Below are positions 31,770-41,757 of a stretch of 55,267 nucleotides of DNA, piece after piece. Source of the DNA: Candidatus Omnitrophota bacterium (GTDB taxonomy: Bacteria; Omnitrophota; Gorgyraeia; JABMRN01; RBG-13-46-9); contig JBDRHE010000003.1 of the NCBI GenBank assembly GCA_043817155.1, forward strand, positions 1 to 55,267, read 5' to 3'. The position numbers and the translations under genes were made by a program. The notes below the pieces were generated by a model. The model did not search any database. It worked only from the letters and a program-made list of their open reading frames with translations, and was not told where the DNA came from. Numbering within the stretch: the first letter of the stretch is position 1; the number at the start of each line of letters is the position of its first letter.

Positions 31770-32657
31770 ATGGAAGAAGCTATAAGAAAGAGCGCCGTAC
31801 TCATAGAGGCCTTACCGTACATTAAGAAGTTCTCTAACAAAATATTCGTTATTAAGTTCGGCGGGTCGGCATTATCTAACGAATCGGTACGTAAAGGCGT
31901 CCTGGAAGATATCGTATTTATGAAATATGCCGGCATGGATCCCGTCCTGGTTCACGGCGGAGGTCCATTCATATCCAGGAAGATGGAGGAAGCTAAAAAG
32001 AGACCTAAGTTCGTAAACGGCATCAGGGTCACCGATAGAAAGACGATGGAGATAGTGGATGATGCGCTTACAGAACTTAATGGGATACTGGTGAGCGAAT
32101 TAAAGAGTATGGGAACGGAAGCTTTCGGACTAAGCGGCAAGGAGAATAAGCTTATTGTTGCCAAGAAGATCGATTGCATAGAGGACGTCGGTTTCGCGGG
32201 CACCGTCGAATCCATAGATACAACAGTCCTGGCAAGGCTTATCGAGACGAACATAATTCCGGTTATTTCACCCGTTGCAACAAGCAATAGCGGGGACCTC
32301 TACAATATTAACGCTGATGAGGCTGCGAGCCACCTGGCTATGGCATTAAAGGCGGAGAAACTCTTTATATTGACAAATGTCCGGGGCATCATGAAGGTAA
32401 ACGGCGACCTTGGCACCCTTTACAGATCGCTCAGCCTGATCGATGCGGAGATCCTGGGCAAGAGAGGAATTATAGCTGAGGGGATGATCCCTAAGACAAA
32501 GGCGTGTATCAATGCTTTGGAGGGCAAGGTGAAGAAGGCTCATATTATCGATGGGAATCTGCCACATGCGCTACTTTTGGAAATCTTCACGGATAAAGGA
32601 ATAGGGACCGAAATTATTAATTTAGGAAGAAGGACTAAGGCGACGGAAGGACTCTAA
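31770..32657 (+). CDS. argB: Acetylglutamate kinase
   Basis: EALPYI, IKFGG, VHGGGP, NINADE, LLLEIFTDKGIGT. Confidence 0.96.
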   Translation: MEEAIRKSAVLIEALPYIKKFSNKIFVIKFGGSALSNESVRKGVLEDIVFMKYAGMDPVLVHGGGPFISRKMEEAKKRPKFVNGIRVTDRKTMEIVDDALTELNGILVSELKSMGTEAFGLSGKENKLIVAKKIDCIEDVGFAGTVESIDTTVLARLIETNIIPVISPVATSNSGDLYNINADEAASHLAMALKAEKLFILTNVRGIMKVNGDLGTLYRSLSLIDAEILGKRGIIAEGMIPKTKACINALEGKVKKAHIIDGNLPHALLLEIFTDKGIGTEIINLGRRTKATEGL

Positions 32658-32737
32658 AATACCAGCATAGTAAATATAACGAAATATTAAAAATAAAAAC
32701 AAAAATTAAAAACAAAAACCAAAATGGAAAATTATTG

Positions 32738-33922
32738 ATGAAGACTAAAGATGTTGTAAGGCTGTACGATAAGTATGTAATGAAGACCTATACGAGGGTA
32801 CCGCTCGTTGTGGAGACGGCAAAAGATTCTCGCGTTATAGATATCGATGGCAAAGAGTACCTGGACTTCTTTCCCGGTTGGGCGGTAAGCGGCATAGGGC
32901 ACTGTCATGACACGGTCATAAAAGCGCTTTCAAAACAGTCGAGGAAGCTTCTCCATGTGTCCAACAATTATTACAGCGTTCTACAGGGAGAACTTGCGCA
33001 GAAGATAATATCTCATGGGTTTCCCGGGAAGGTATTCTTCTGTAATTCGGGTGCGGAGGCTAATGAGGGAGCCGTGAAACTCGCGCGAAGATATGGCAAT
33101 GAGAGGGGGAGATTTGAGATCATTACGATGAAGGGATCCTTTCACGGCAGGACGCTTGCAATGATAGCCGCAACAGGTCAGGATAAGGTTAAATCCGGCT
33201 TTGAACCGATGCCGGAAGGCTTTGTCCATGTCCCGTTCGGAGATATAAACGCCATTAAGAACGCTATAAACGATCGGACGGCAGGTATCGCGCTTGAATT
33301 GATCCAGTGCGAAGGTGGTATAAAAGTAGCGACAAAGGAATATATAGATGAAGTAAGAGACATTTGTGATGCAAGCGATATTGTGCTTATTTTTGACGAA
33401 GTGCAAACGGGTATCGGAAGGACAGGGAAGATGTTCTGCTATCAGAATTATAAAACAGTTCCGGATGTGATGACTCTTGCAAAATCGCTCGGAGGCGGCC
33501 TTCCAATAGGAGCAATCGTAGCAAGATCAAAATTCAGCGATGTTCTGACGCCCGGATCACACGCGTCCACTTTTGGCGGTAGTCCCATCGTGTGCGCGGC
33601 TGCACTCGGCGTTTTTAAAGCGATCGAGGAAGAGGGTCTCTTGCAAAACGCTGTTAAACAGGGCAGGTACCTGATTAAGAAGCTGTCGGCCTTAAAGAAG
33701 AGATATAACGTCATAAAAGAGATAAGGGGTATGGCGCTTACTGTAGGGGTAGAACTCTCTTTGGACGGGCAAGAGATATACGAAAGGGTCCTCGAAAGGG
33801 GATTACTGATAAATTGTACACAGAAGAATGTCCTCAGGATCATGCCACCGCTAACGGTCACGAAGTCACAAATCGATAAGGCGATTGGTATACTGGACGA
33901 AATATTAGCGAATAGCGGATAG
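32738..33922 (+). CDS. argD: Acetylornithine aminotransferase
   Basis: NSGAEANE, SFHGRT, DEVQTGIGRTG, TLAKSLGGG. Confidence 0.93.
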   Translation: MKTKDVVRLYDKYVMKTYTRVPLVVETAKDSRVIDIDGKEYLDFFPGWAVSGIGHCHDTVIKALSKQSRKLLHVSNNYYSVLQGELAQKIISHGFPGKVFFCNSGAEANEGAVKLARRYGNERGRFEIITMKGSFHGRTLAMIAATGQDKVKSGFEPMPEGFVHVPFGDINAIKNAINDRTAGIALELIQCEGGIKVATKEYIDEVRDICDASDIVLIFDEVQTGIGRTGKMFCYQNYKTVPDVMTLAKSLGGGLPIGAIVARSKFSDVLTPGSHASTFGGSPIVCAAALGVFKAIEEEGLLQNAVKQGRYLIKKLSALKKRYNVIKEIRGMALTVGVELSLDGQEIYERVLERGLLINCTQKNVLRIMPPLTVTKSQIDKAIGILDEILANSG

Positions 33923-34079
33923 GTTATTAGAAAAATAACGTTTAGCGTATTGCGTGATGCGGATTAGCGTATTGCGTGATGCGGATTGCGTATTGCGTAT
34001 AGCGGATAAGTTAGGAAGATAAACTTTTCGGAAACGTAAAGTACTAACCTATACGCTATCCGCTATATGCTATACGCTA
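33906..34079. repeat. Family A heptamer-tandem inverted-repeat element
   Basis: TAGCG/TTGCG heptamers, core GAAACGTAAAGTACTAACC, right arm CTATACGCTATCCGCTATATGCTATACGCTA. Confidence 0.85.
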
Positions 34080-34101
34080 GAAGTTAAAGAGAGTTAACAA
34101 A

Positions 34102-35016
34102 ATGAAGAAAGACCTGATCACAATTAAGGATCTCTCCAAGGCGCAGATCCTGGAGCTCTTCAAACTTGCAAAGGCATTAAAGAAGAAGCCGTTATCCAAG
34201 AGTAACAGTTTAAACGGAAAGTCACTCGCGCTCGTCTTCCAAAAACCTTCCAACAGGACACGGGTATCGTTCGATGTAGGCATGTTCCAGCTTGGTGGGA
34301 ACGCAATATATCTTGGACCTGACGAACTGAAGCTCGGGGTAAGGGAATCCGTTAAAGATGTTGCTAAGGTTCTGGCAAGGTATGTTGACGGTGTTGTTGT
34401 AAGGACGCACGAACACCAGGATGTCATAAGCATGGCAGAGGCAGCGACTGTGTCGGTTATAAACGGGTTGAGTAAGCTGCTACATCCTTGCCAGGGTTTA
34501 AGTGATCTGTTTACAATAGATGAGTATTTTAACGATAGGAAGATCAAGATCTCGTTTATCGGAGATGGGAACAATGTGCTCCATTCGCTTCTTCTGGGAT
34601 GCAGCATACTGGGGAGAGACCTTTCAATTGCAACGCCGGTGAATTGCGAGCCCGATCCTGGGATAGTAGCCGAAGCAAAAAGGTGTGCTTTTGCCAACAA
34701 GTCTACCATAGAGCTTACGAATGATCCTAAAGAGTGCGCACAGAATGCGGATGTGATATATACAGATGTGTGGGTCAGCATGGGTCAGGAGTCTTCGCAT
34801 GAAGAGAGGATGAACGCATTTAAAGGATTCCAGATAAACGCTGAGCTACTCGCTTGCGCTAAGGAGAATACCTTGATCATGCATTGCCTTCCGGCTCACA
34901 GAGGTGAGGAGATCACCGACGAAATATTAGATAGTAAGAATTCCATAGTATATGACCAGGCGGAGAATAGGCTTCATGTGCAGAAGGCCATATTGTTGAC
35001 TTTGCTCGGGGGATAA
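34102..35016 (+). CDS. argF: Ornithine carbamoyltransferase
   Basis: KPSNRTR, HPCQ, YTDVWVSMG, HCLP, QAENR. Confidence 0.95.
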   Translation: MKKDLITIKDLSKAQILELFKLAKALKKKPLSKSNSLNGKSLALVFQKPSNRTRVSFDVGMFQLGGNAIYLGPDELKLGVRESVKDVAKVLARYVDGVVVRTHEHQDVISMAEAATVSVINGLSKLLHPCQGLSDLFTIDEYFNDRKIKISFIGDGNNVLHSLLLGCSILGRDLSIATPVNCEPDPGIVAEAKRCAFANKSTIELTNDPKECAQNADVIYTDVWVSMGQESSHEERMNAFKGFQINAELLACAKENTLIMHCLPAHRGEEITDEILDSKNSIVYDQAENRLHVQKAILLTLLGG

Positions 35017-35020
35017 CGAT

Positions 35021-35234
35021 TAGTGTATTGCGTGATGCGTACTGCGTATAGCGGATAGGTTATTAGAAAAATAACGTTTAGCGTGTTGCGTGATGCGGAT
35101 TGCGTATTGCGAATAGCGTTTAGCGGATAGGTTGAAAAGATAGCGTATAGCGAATAGCATATAGCGGATAGGATAGGAAAATAGGCTTTTATGAAACGGA
35201 AAGTACTAACCTATACGCTATCCGTTATATGCTA
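35021..35234. repeat. Family A heptamer-tandem inverted-repeat element
   Basis: Same subunits as the 13.1 and 33.9 kb copies. Confidence 0.85.
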
Positions 35235-35267
35235 GAAATATGCTAGAATAATAATTCAGGAGCCAAT

Positions 35268-36440
35268 ATGAAAAAAGTTGTGTTAGCGTATTCAGGTGGA
35301 CTGGATACGTCGGTTGCTGTTAAATGGCTAAAAGATAGAGGTTATGATGTCGTATGCTACCTTGCTGATGTGGGCCAGGGCCAGGATCTTGGGATCGCCA
35401 GGAGGAGGGCTCTTAAAACCGGGGCAAGCAAAGTTATAATAGGCGACTTAAAGAAGGAGTTCGTAGACGATTTTATATGGCCAACTTTAAAAATAAACGC
35501 AGTTTATGAGTCTAAATATCTTCTTGGAACAGCGCTTTCTAGACCATTAATAGCGAAGAGACTTGTTGAAGTGGCGCACAAAGAGCATGCCCAGTATATT
35601 GCTCACGGATGCACCGGCAAGGGCAATGACCAGGTAAGATTCGAAGTCTCTATTGGGGCGCTAGATTCAAAGATAAAGGTTTTGGCCCCTGTAAGAGAAT
35701 GGGACCTTCCTACGAGGGAAGCAGAGATCAGGTATGCCAAGATTAACAGGATACCCGTGGATGTTACAAAGAAGAAGCCTTATAGCATAGACAAGAATCT
35801 TTGGGGTATAAGCATTGAAAGCGGCAGGCTTGAGGATCCGTGGTTCGAGCCCAGGCAAGACGCTTACCAGATGACAAGATCTATAGAAGAGTCGCCGAAC
35901 AGGGCCTGCTACCTCAAGATATACTTTAAGAAAGGCATTCCAAGGAAGATTAACGGTAAGAGTTTTAGCGGTGTTGGACTAATTAAGAAACTGAATGAAA
36001 TCGGGGGCAAATACTCTGTAGGAAGATCCGACCTTATAGAGGATAGGCTGGTCGGCATAAAATCGAGGGAGATCTACGAAGCCCCCGCTGCTTTGATCCT
36101 GCTCGAAGCCCATAAGGCTCTCGAAGGTTTGGTGCTGGATAGAGAGACCCTTAATTTCAAGGAGCTCGTCAGTTTAAGGTACGCTAGATTGGTATACGAT
36201 GGGCTCTGGTATACGCCGCTCAAGAGCGCTATGGATAAATTCATAGATCACACCCAGAGAAACGTTGAAGGAACGGTAAATGTAAAGCTCCTTAAGGGCA
36301 ATGTTATAGTTGCTGGCAGAAGATCACAAAACTCGCTATACAAGAGGGAGCTAGCAACCTATGGCAAGGGTGACAAGTTCGACCAGAGCCTGGCGAAGGG
36401 TTTTATTGAACTTTTTGGATTACCCTACAAGAAAAAATAA
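35268..36440 (+). CDS. argG: Argininosuccinate synthase
   Basis: AYSGGLDTS, HGCTGKGNDQVRF, GIKSREIYEAP. Confidence 0.97.
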   Translation: MKKVVLAYSGGLDTSVAVKWLKDRGYDVVCYLADVGQGQDLGIARRRALKTGASKVIIGDLKKEFVDDFIWPTLKINAVYESKYLLGTALSRPLIAKRLVEVAHKEHAQYIAHGCTGKGNDQVRFEVSIGALDSKIKVLAPVREWDLPTREAEIRYAKINRIPVDVTKKKPYSIDKNLWGISIESGRLEDPWFEPRQDAYQMTRSIEESPNRACYLKIYFKKGIPRKINGKSFSGVGLIKKLNEIGGKYSVGRSDLIEDRLVGIKSREIYEAPAALILLEAHKALEGLVLDRETLNFKELVSLRYARLVYDGLWYTPLKSAMDKFIDHTQRNVEGTVNVKLLKGNVIVAGRRSQNSLYKRELATYGKGDKFDQSLAKGFIELFGLPYKKK

Positions 36441-36517
36441 TATGAGAATGTCGAAACTCTGTCCGCAAAAGATGCGGCCGGAATTTCATCATTCTCACTA
36501 TATAGACGGAGGATACG

Positions 36518-37861
36518 ATGACTAAGAAGTTATGGGGCGGAAGATTTGGCAAAGAGACCGACTCTTTAGCAGAAGAATTCACAAGATCCATAAGTTATGA
36601 TCATAAGCTGGCCAAATACGATGTCCTGGGATCCCTGTATCACCTCACAGTTTTAAAAGACAGTAAGCTTATAACTCCTAAGGATGCCGCTAAGCTCGGC
36701 GCTTCTTTAAAGAAGATATACGACCGGATGGAGAAGAATAGATATTCTGTGAACGAGGATTGTGAGGATATTCACACCGATATCCAGAACACCGTGGAGA
36801 AGGACGTAGGGGAGCTGGCGCTTAAGCTGCACACCGCGAGATCCAGGAACGACCAGGTCCTGTTTGACCTGAAGTTGTTCAGCATCGCAGAAGTGAGCAA
36901 TATCGAGGGCCTATGTTTAATGGTTATACAGTCCTTAAAGAGAGCGAGCAGGAAAGTAAAGGGTGTCATAATGCCGGGTTTCACGCATTTGCAGCACGCT
37001 CAGCTTGTTTACCTATCCGATTATGTGGCAAGTTTTGTCGAGATGCTGAAGAGAGATTGTTCCAGGTTAAGGAGCGTAAAGGAGAATATTGCGCTGTGCT
37101 TTGGATCCGGCGCGCTTGCCGGTACGCCGATCTACGCAAAATTATATAATAAGAAGATGAAGGGGCTCAAGATAACGTCTCCGGCGAATTCACTCGATAC
37201 GGTTAGCGACAGGGATTTCGTGATCGAGATACTCTCCGCCTTATCGATCCTGGGGATGCACCTATCCAGGCTTTCGGAGGATCTCATAATATGGTCTACG
37301 AAAGAATTCGGTTTTGTTACCCTGGACGACGCGTTTGCGCAAGGCAGCAGCCTGATGCCGCAAAAGAAGAATCCGGATGTACTTGAGCTTATAAGAGGGC
37401 ACACAGGCACTCTTTACGGAAACCTGGTGAGCGTACTTACAATGATGAAGGGCCTGCCGCTTACCTACAACAGGGATATGCAGTTGGATAAGCCGCCGCT
37501 CTTCAATTCCTTCGAGATCATGGAAAAAGCGCTCAGGGTATTGCCGGGGCTTATAAGCACTTTAAAATGGAACAAGGGCGTTATTGCGGCAAGGGTGCGA
37601 GAGGACGAAACCATATACTCGACAGACCTTGTTTATCATCTCGTAAAGAAGGGGATGCCATTTAAGAAGGCGCACGACATCATAGGTAAACTGGTCAAGT
37701 CCTCTGTTGATGCCGGCAGCAAGATCAGTGATATGGGAGACGAGGAACTCAAGCTATTTTCGGACAAACTTAAACATAGCGAAGTAGTGAAGCTTATGGA
37801 TCCGGTCGTATCGGTGAGATCAAGAGTCTCTGTAAAGAGGCCTAAAGCCACACGTGTTTAA
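36518..37861 (+). CDS. argH: Argininosuccinate lyase
   Basis: LWGGRF, LHTARSRNDQ, GSSLMPQKKNPD, YNRDMQ. Confidence 0.96.
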   Translation: MTKKLWGGRFGKETDSLAEEFTRSISYDHKLAKYDVLGSLYHLTVLKDSKLITPKDAAKLGASLKKIYDRMEKNRYSVNEDCEDIHTDIQNTVEKDVGELALKLHTARSRNDQVLFDLKLFSIAEVSNIEGLCLMVIQSLKRASRKVKGVIMPGFTHLQHAQLVYLSDYVASFVEMLKRDCSRLRSVKENIALCFGSGALAGTPIYAKLYNKKMKGLKITSPANSLDTVSDRDFVIEILSALSILGMHLSRLSEDLIIWSTKEFGFVTLDDAFAQGSSLMPQKKNPDVLELIRGHTGTLYGNLVSVLTMMKGLPLTYNRDMQLDKPPLFNSFEIMEKALRVLPGLISTLKWNKGVIAARVREDETIYSTDLVYHLVKKGMPFKKAHDIIGKLVKSSVDAGSKISDMGDEELKLFSDKLKHSEVVKLMDPVVSVRSRVSVKRPKATRV

Positions 37862-37914
37862 ATTGGAAGTCTTGTGCAGAGATGGAGCTGCTGTTTTGCA
37901 AGTCCAAAAAACCT

Positions 37915-37992
37915 GTCATTCCCGCGGAAGCGGGAATCCATGGATAGACTCACTACGAGTTCGCTCTGGATCCCCGCTTGCGCGGGGATGAC
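37915..37992. repeat. Family C REP doublet (78 bp, reverse orientation)
   Basis: GTCATTCCCGCGGAAGCGGGAATCCA-26 bp-TGGATCCCCGCTTGCGCGGGGATGAC. Confidence 0.9.
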
Positions 37993-38024
37993 ATGTGGGA
38001 AAACGAGAGGCTAAGATACGGATT

Positions 38025-39269
38025 GTGCATCGATTTAAATATAGAGGAAAATTTCTTTACTGCGAAGATGTAAGGGTTTCTGACATAGCAAAGAGGCAAG
38101 GGACGCCTCTCTTTATCTATAGCAAGAATACATTACTTGATCACTTTGGCAAGATAAAGAACGCGCTTAGAGACCTTACTCCTCTTATATGCTTTTCTGT
38201 CAAGAGCAACTCCAATCTTTCGGTACTTAAAACGCTTGTCAGCGCCGGAGCGGGACTGGACATCGTTTCGGGAGGGGAGCTATTTCGCGCAAAGGTCGTC
38301 AAGACGCCTCCGGAGAGGATCGTCTATGCCGGTGTCGGCAAAAAGCGCGATGAGATAATGGACGCTATTCGTTACGGCATATTCTTCTTTAACATAGAAT
38401 CGGTTGAAGAACTGGAGCTCATAGACAGGTGCGCAAAAGAGGCAGGGAAGAAGGTAAACGTTGCTGTCAGGCTAAATCCTGACGTGGCAGTTTCCACCCA
38501 TGACTATATAACTACCGGAAAAGGCGGCACTAAATTCGGTGTCGATTTTAAGACCGCAAAGAGTATCTTCCGGGCAAGCCGGAGATACGGAAGCTCCAAA
38601 CTTTGCGGAGTGCATATACATGTAGGCTCGCAGATCCTGAAGACAGATCCTTTTCGAAGCGCCATAAAGAAGGTTTTGCGTTTCCTGAAGGAGAATGAGA
38701 TATCGGTCGATTATCTCAATATAGGAGGCGGGCTCGGCATAGTATACTCAATGGAGAGACCGCAAACAGCGTTAGGGTTTGCCAGGTCGATAGCGCCTTT
38801 GATGAAGAGTTCAAACTTAAAGCTCATTCTCGAGCCCGGCAGATTTATATCTGGTAATAGCGGCGTAATGGTCACAAAGGTTCTATTCCGGAAGAAGGCC
38901 CAGGGTAAAAAGTTTATCATAGTAGATAGCGGTATGAACGATCTCATAAGGCCCAGCTTATATGAGGCCTATCACCATATCCTGCCTGCTACGAAACCTA
39001 AAAGTAATTCGAAGAGAGAAAAGTACGATGTGGTGGGTCCCATATGCGAAAGCGGGGACTTTATCGCCAAGGATAGGCTGCTCCGGGCGCCACATAAGGG
39101 AGATCTGCTTGTGGTTATGGGAGCCGGCGCGTATGGATACACGATGTCGAGCAACTATAACTCGCGGCCGCGCGCGGCTGAGGTAATGGTTGATGGGGAG
39201 AGCTTTTTCGTTGTGAAGAAGCGTGAGACATACAGGGATCTAGTAAGAGGCGAGTCTATTAAGGTTTAA
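38025..39269 (+). CDS. lysA: Diaminopimelate decarboxylase
   Basis: VKSNSN, DIVSGGE, HVGSQ, EPGR, GPICESGD, SNYNSR; GTG 38025 is the likely start. Confidence 0.95.
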   Translation: MHRFKYRGKFLYCEDVRVSDIAKRQGTPLFIYSKNTLLDHFGKIKNALRDLTPLICFSVKSNSNLSVLKTLVSAGAGLDIVSGGELFRAKVVKTPPERIVYAGVGKKRDEIMDAIRYGIFFFNIESVEELELIDRCAKEAGKKVNVAVRLNPDVAVSTHDYITTGKGGTKFGVDFKTAKSIFRASRRYGSSKLCGVHIHVGSQILKTDPFRSAIKKVLRFLKENEISVDYLNIGGGLGIVYSMERPQTALGFARSIAPLMKSSNLKLILEPGRFISGNSGVMVTKVLFRKKAQGKKFIIVDSGMNDLIRPSLYEAYHHILPATKPKSNSKREKYDVVGPICESGDFIAKDRLLRAPHKGDLLVVMGAGAYGYTMSSNYNSRPRAAEVMVDGESFFVVKKRETYRDLVRGESIKV

Positions 39270-39270
39270 T

Positions 39271-40155
39271 ATGAGGATAGATTTTGCGAAAGCAGTTGCC
39301 AGCGGAAACGACTTTGTAGTCGTAGACAACCGGGGCGGCAGGCTTTCAGATAAAATAAGCGGTCTTGCGGATCTTGCAAAGGTCGTTTGCAGGCGGAGGC
39401 ACTCAATAGGGGCCGATGGGCTTCTCGTACTTGAGGATTCAGCGGCTTGCGATTTCAAGATGAGGATCTTCAATCCTGATGGTTCCGAGGTGACAATGTG
39501 CGGTAACGGTATACGATGTAGCGCACTTTACGCGCAAACGAAAGGCTGGTTCCGTGGCCCGGTCAAGATCGAGACCGGCGCAGGTGTGTTGCATGCGGAA
39601 ACTGCCGGAAAAGAGAAAGGGAGCGCTTCCGGCGAGGCGCGCTTGTCTGATAACACTGCCAGGCATGGAATATGCGACAGTGTGAAGATAAAGATGACCC
39701 AGCCATGCGATATTAAGCTGGATATGAATATAGGGATAGGCAAGACTATCATCATAGTTCATGCTATCAATACCGGCGTTGCGCATGCGGTCCATTTTGT
39801 CGAAAATATAAATGGCTACTCTGTTAAGGATATCGGATCGAAGGTTAGACATCACACATCATTTCAGCCGGATGGCACGAATGTTGATTTTGTAGAGACG
39901 ATCGGGGAGTCCAGGATAGCTGTTAGAACTTATGAGAGAGGGGTAGAAGATGAGACGCTTGCCTGCGGGACAGGAGTAGTAGCCTCGGCCATAATCTCAT
40001 CACTCGCGCAAAATATAAAACAGCCCGTTGAAGCTTTAACGAGAAGCGGAGAAGTCGTGAAGGTCTATTTTAAAAGAGAACATAATCATTTTACGGACGT
40101 TTATCTGGAGGGCGATGCGTCGATCGCTTTTGAAGGGGGGCTTAACTATGTTTAG
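39271..40155 (+). CDS. dapF: Diaminopimelate epimerase
   Basis: GNDF, NPDGSEVTMCGNGIRC, ERGVEDETLACGTG. Confidence 0.95.
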   Translation: MRIDFAKAVASGNDFVVVDNRGGRLSDKISGLADLAKVVCRRRHSIGADGLLVLEDSAACDFKMRIFNPDGSEVTMCGNGIRCSALYAQTKGWFRGPVKIETGAGVLHAETAGKEKGSASGEARLSDNTARHGICDSVKIKMTQPCDIKLDMNIGIGKTIIIVHAINTGVAHAVHFVENINGYSVKDIGSKVRHHTSFQPDGTNVDFVETIGESRIAVRTYERGVEDETLACGTGVVASAIISSLAQNIKQPVEALTRSGEVVKVYFKREHNHFTDVYLEGDASIAFEGGLNYV

Positions 40156-41011
40156 CGGTTCATTTGTTGCGCTTGTAACACCATTTAAGAAAGGGAAGAT
40201 AGATAAGAAGAAATTAGCCGAACTGATCGAATTCCACATCGAAAATGGTACGGATGGGTTAGTTCCGGTGGGGTGTACGGGGGAGGCAGCCACTCTTACA
40301 CATGAAGAGCAGAAGACCCTGATGAAGCTTGCTTGCCAGATCGTAGCTAAGAGGATCCCTGTGGTGGCAGGAGCCGGCTCTAACAGTACAAGCGAAGCGA
40401 TCAGCCTTACTAAACACGCTAAGAGAGCGGGTTGCGACGGCGTGCTATCGATAACCCCTTACTATAATAAGCCTACGCCCGAAGGACAGTACAGGCATTA
40501 TCAGAAGATAGCCAGGTCAGCCGATATTCCTATTATGGTATACAATGTTCCGTCGAGGACCGGCATATCATTAAGCCCGGAGACTGTAGCCAGGCTTTCG
40601 AAGATCGAAAACATTGTAGCGATCAAAGAGGCAAGCGGGAGCCTCGATCAGGTAAGTCGCATCCTCGAGCTTTGCGATATAACTGTTATGAGCGGCGACG
40701 ACTCTCTTACGCTTCCGATGATGTCCATCGGTGCTAGAGGGGTAGTAAGCGTTGTGGCAAATATTATTCCGCGCGAGGTTCATGAGATGGTATCCTCCTT
40801 TCTTGAGGGTGATGTGACTGCCGCAAGAGAGATGCACTTTCGGATCCTGCCGCTATGCAAAGCAATGTTCATCGAAACCAACCCTATACCGCTTAAGACC
40901 TCCATGAAATTATTGAAGAGGTTGAATGGTGAGCTGCGTCTGCCTCTCTGTGAGATGGCAAGCGAGAATCGGGAGAAACTGAAGAAGACATTGAAAAGAT
41001 ACGGGTTGTAA
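40148..41011 (+). CDS. dapA: 4-hydroxy-tetrahydrodipicolinate synthase
   Basis: ALVTPF, GCTGE, PYYNKP, YNVPSRT, IKEASG, ETNPIP. Confidence 0.96.
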   Translation: MFSGSFVALVTPFKKGKIDKKKLAELIEFHIENGTDGLVPVGCTGEAATLTHEEQKTLMKLACQIVAKRIPVVAGAGSNSTSEAISLTKHAKRAGCDGVLSITPYYNKPTPEGQYRHYQKIARSADIPIMVYNVPSRTGISLSPETVARLSKIENIVAIKEASGSLDQVSRILELCDITVMSGDDSLTLPMMSIGARGVVSVVANIIPREVHEMVSSFLEGDVTAAREMHFRILPLCKAMFIETNPIPLKTSMKLLKRLNGELRLPLCEMASENREKLKKTLKRYGL

Positions 41012-41026
41012 TCCAGGAGGATTATT

Positions 41027-41725
41027 GTGGTAAAGGTAATCGTGAGCGGAGCGCTTGGAAGAATGGGGAGGAGAATCACCGAGCTTGCCGAGAAAGATAA
41101 GGATCTTCTGGTTGTCGGGGGCGTGGATCTAAAAGCGGACCCGAATGTCAATGTTGTAGATAGTCTCGATAGCGTAAAAGATTATTTCGATTGCATTATT
41201 GAATTCACAACCCCCACCGCTACGATAGAACATGTGAAGCGTTGTACGACGTTCAAAAAATCCATGGTTATCGGGACAACGGGTTTATCTGAGGAGGAGG
41301 CCGGGCTTATTAAGGACGCTGCAAAGGCTATACCGATAGTCTACTCTCCAAACATGTCCGTGGGCGTGAACGTGCTCTTCAGTCTTATAGAAAAATCCGC
41401 TCTTGCGCTCGATGATAGCTACAAGATCAGTATAGAAGAGGCGCACCATATTCATAAGAAGGATAAACCGAGTGGGACCGCCAAGCTTATGTCGGATATC
41501 GCGAAGAAGGGAAGGGCCGATGATGATGTCCCTATAAATTCCATACGCAAAGATGAGATAGTAGGGGATCACACGATAGTATTCGAAAGCAGCGTTGATA
41601 TATTAAGAATTGCTCATAGCGCAAAGACTAGAGATATATTTGCGCTCGGTGCATTGAAAGCGGCGAAATTTGTTTGCGGAAAGAAGAAAGGATTATTCTC
41701 CATGAGGGATGTCCTGGCTTTGTAG
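41027..41725 (+). CDS. dapB: 4-hydroxy-tetrahydrodipicolinate reductase
   Basis: GALGRMG, IGTTG, PNMSVG, EAHHIHKKDKPSGTA. Confidence 0.95.
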   Translation: MVKVIVSGALGRMGRRITELAEKDKDLLVVGGVDLKADPNVNVVDSLDSVKDYFDCIIEFTTPTATIEHVKRCTTFKKSMVIGTTGLSEEEAGLIKDAAKAIPIVYSPNMSVGVNVLFSLIEKSALALDDSYKISIEEAHHIHKKDKPSGTAKLMSDIAKKGRADDDVPINSIRKDEIVGDHTIVFESSVDILRIAHSAKTRDIFALGALKAAKFVCGKKKGLFSMRDVLAL

Positions 41726-41757
41726 GAGACCTCTTTTAAGAAAAACGAGAGGATTGA

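Noticed and set aside
32680-32735. A-rich quasi-hexamer run before argD
   Set aside because: Low complexity, single copy, no inverted partner.
36443-36498. Imperfect hairpin between argG and argH
   Set aside because: Single copy in the window, no T-run, and no match to the repeat families.
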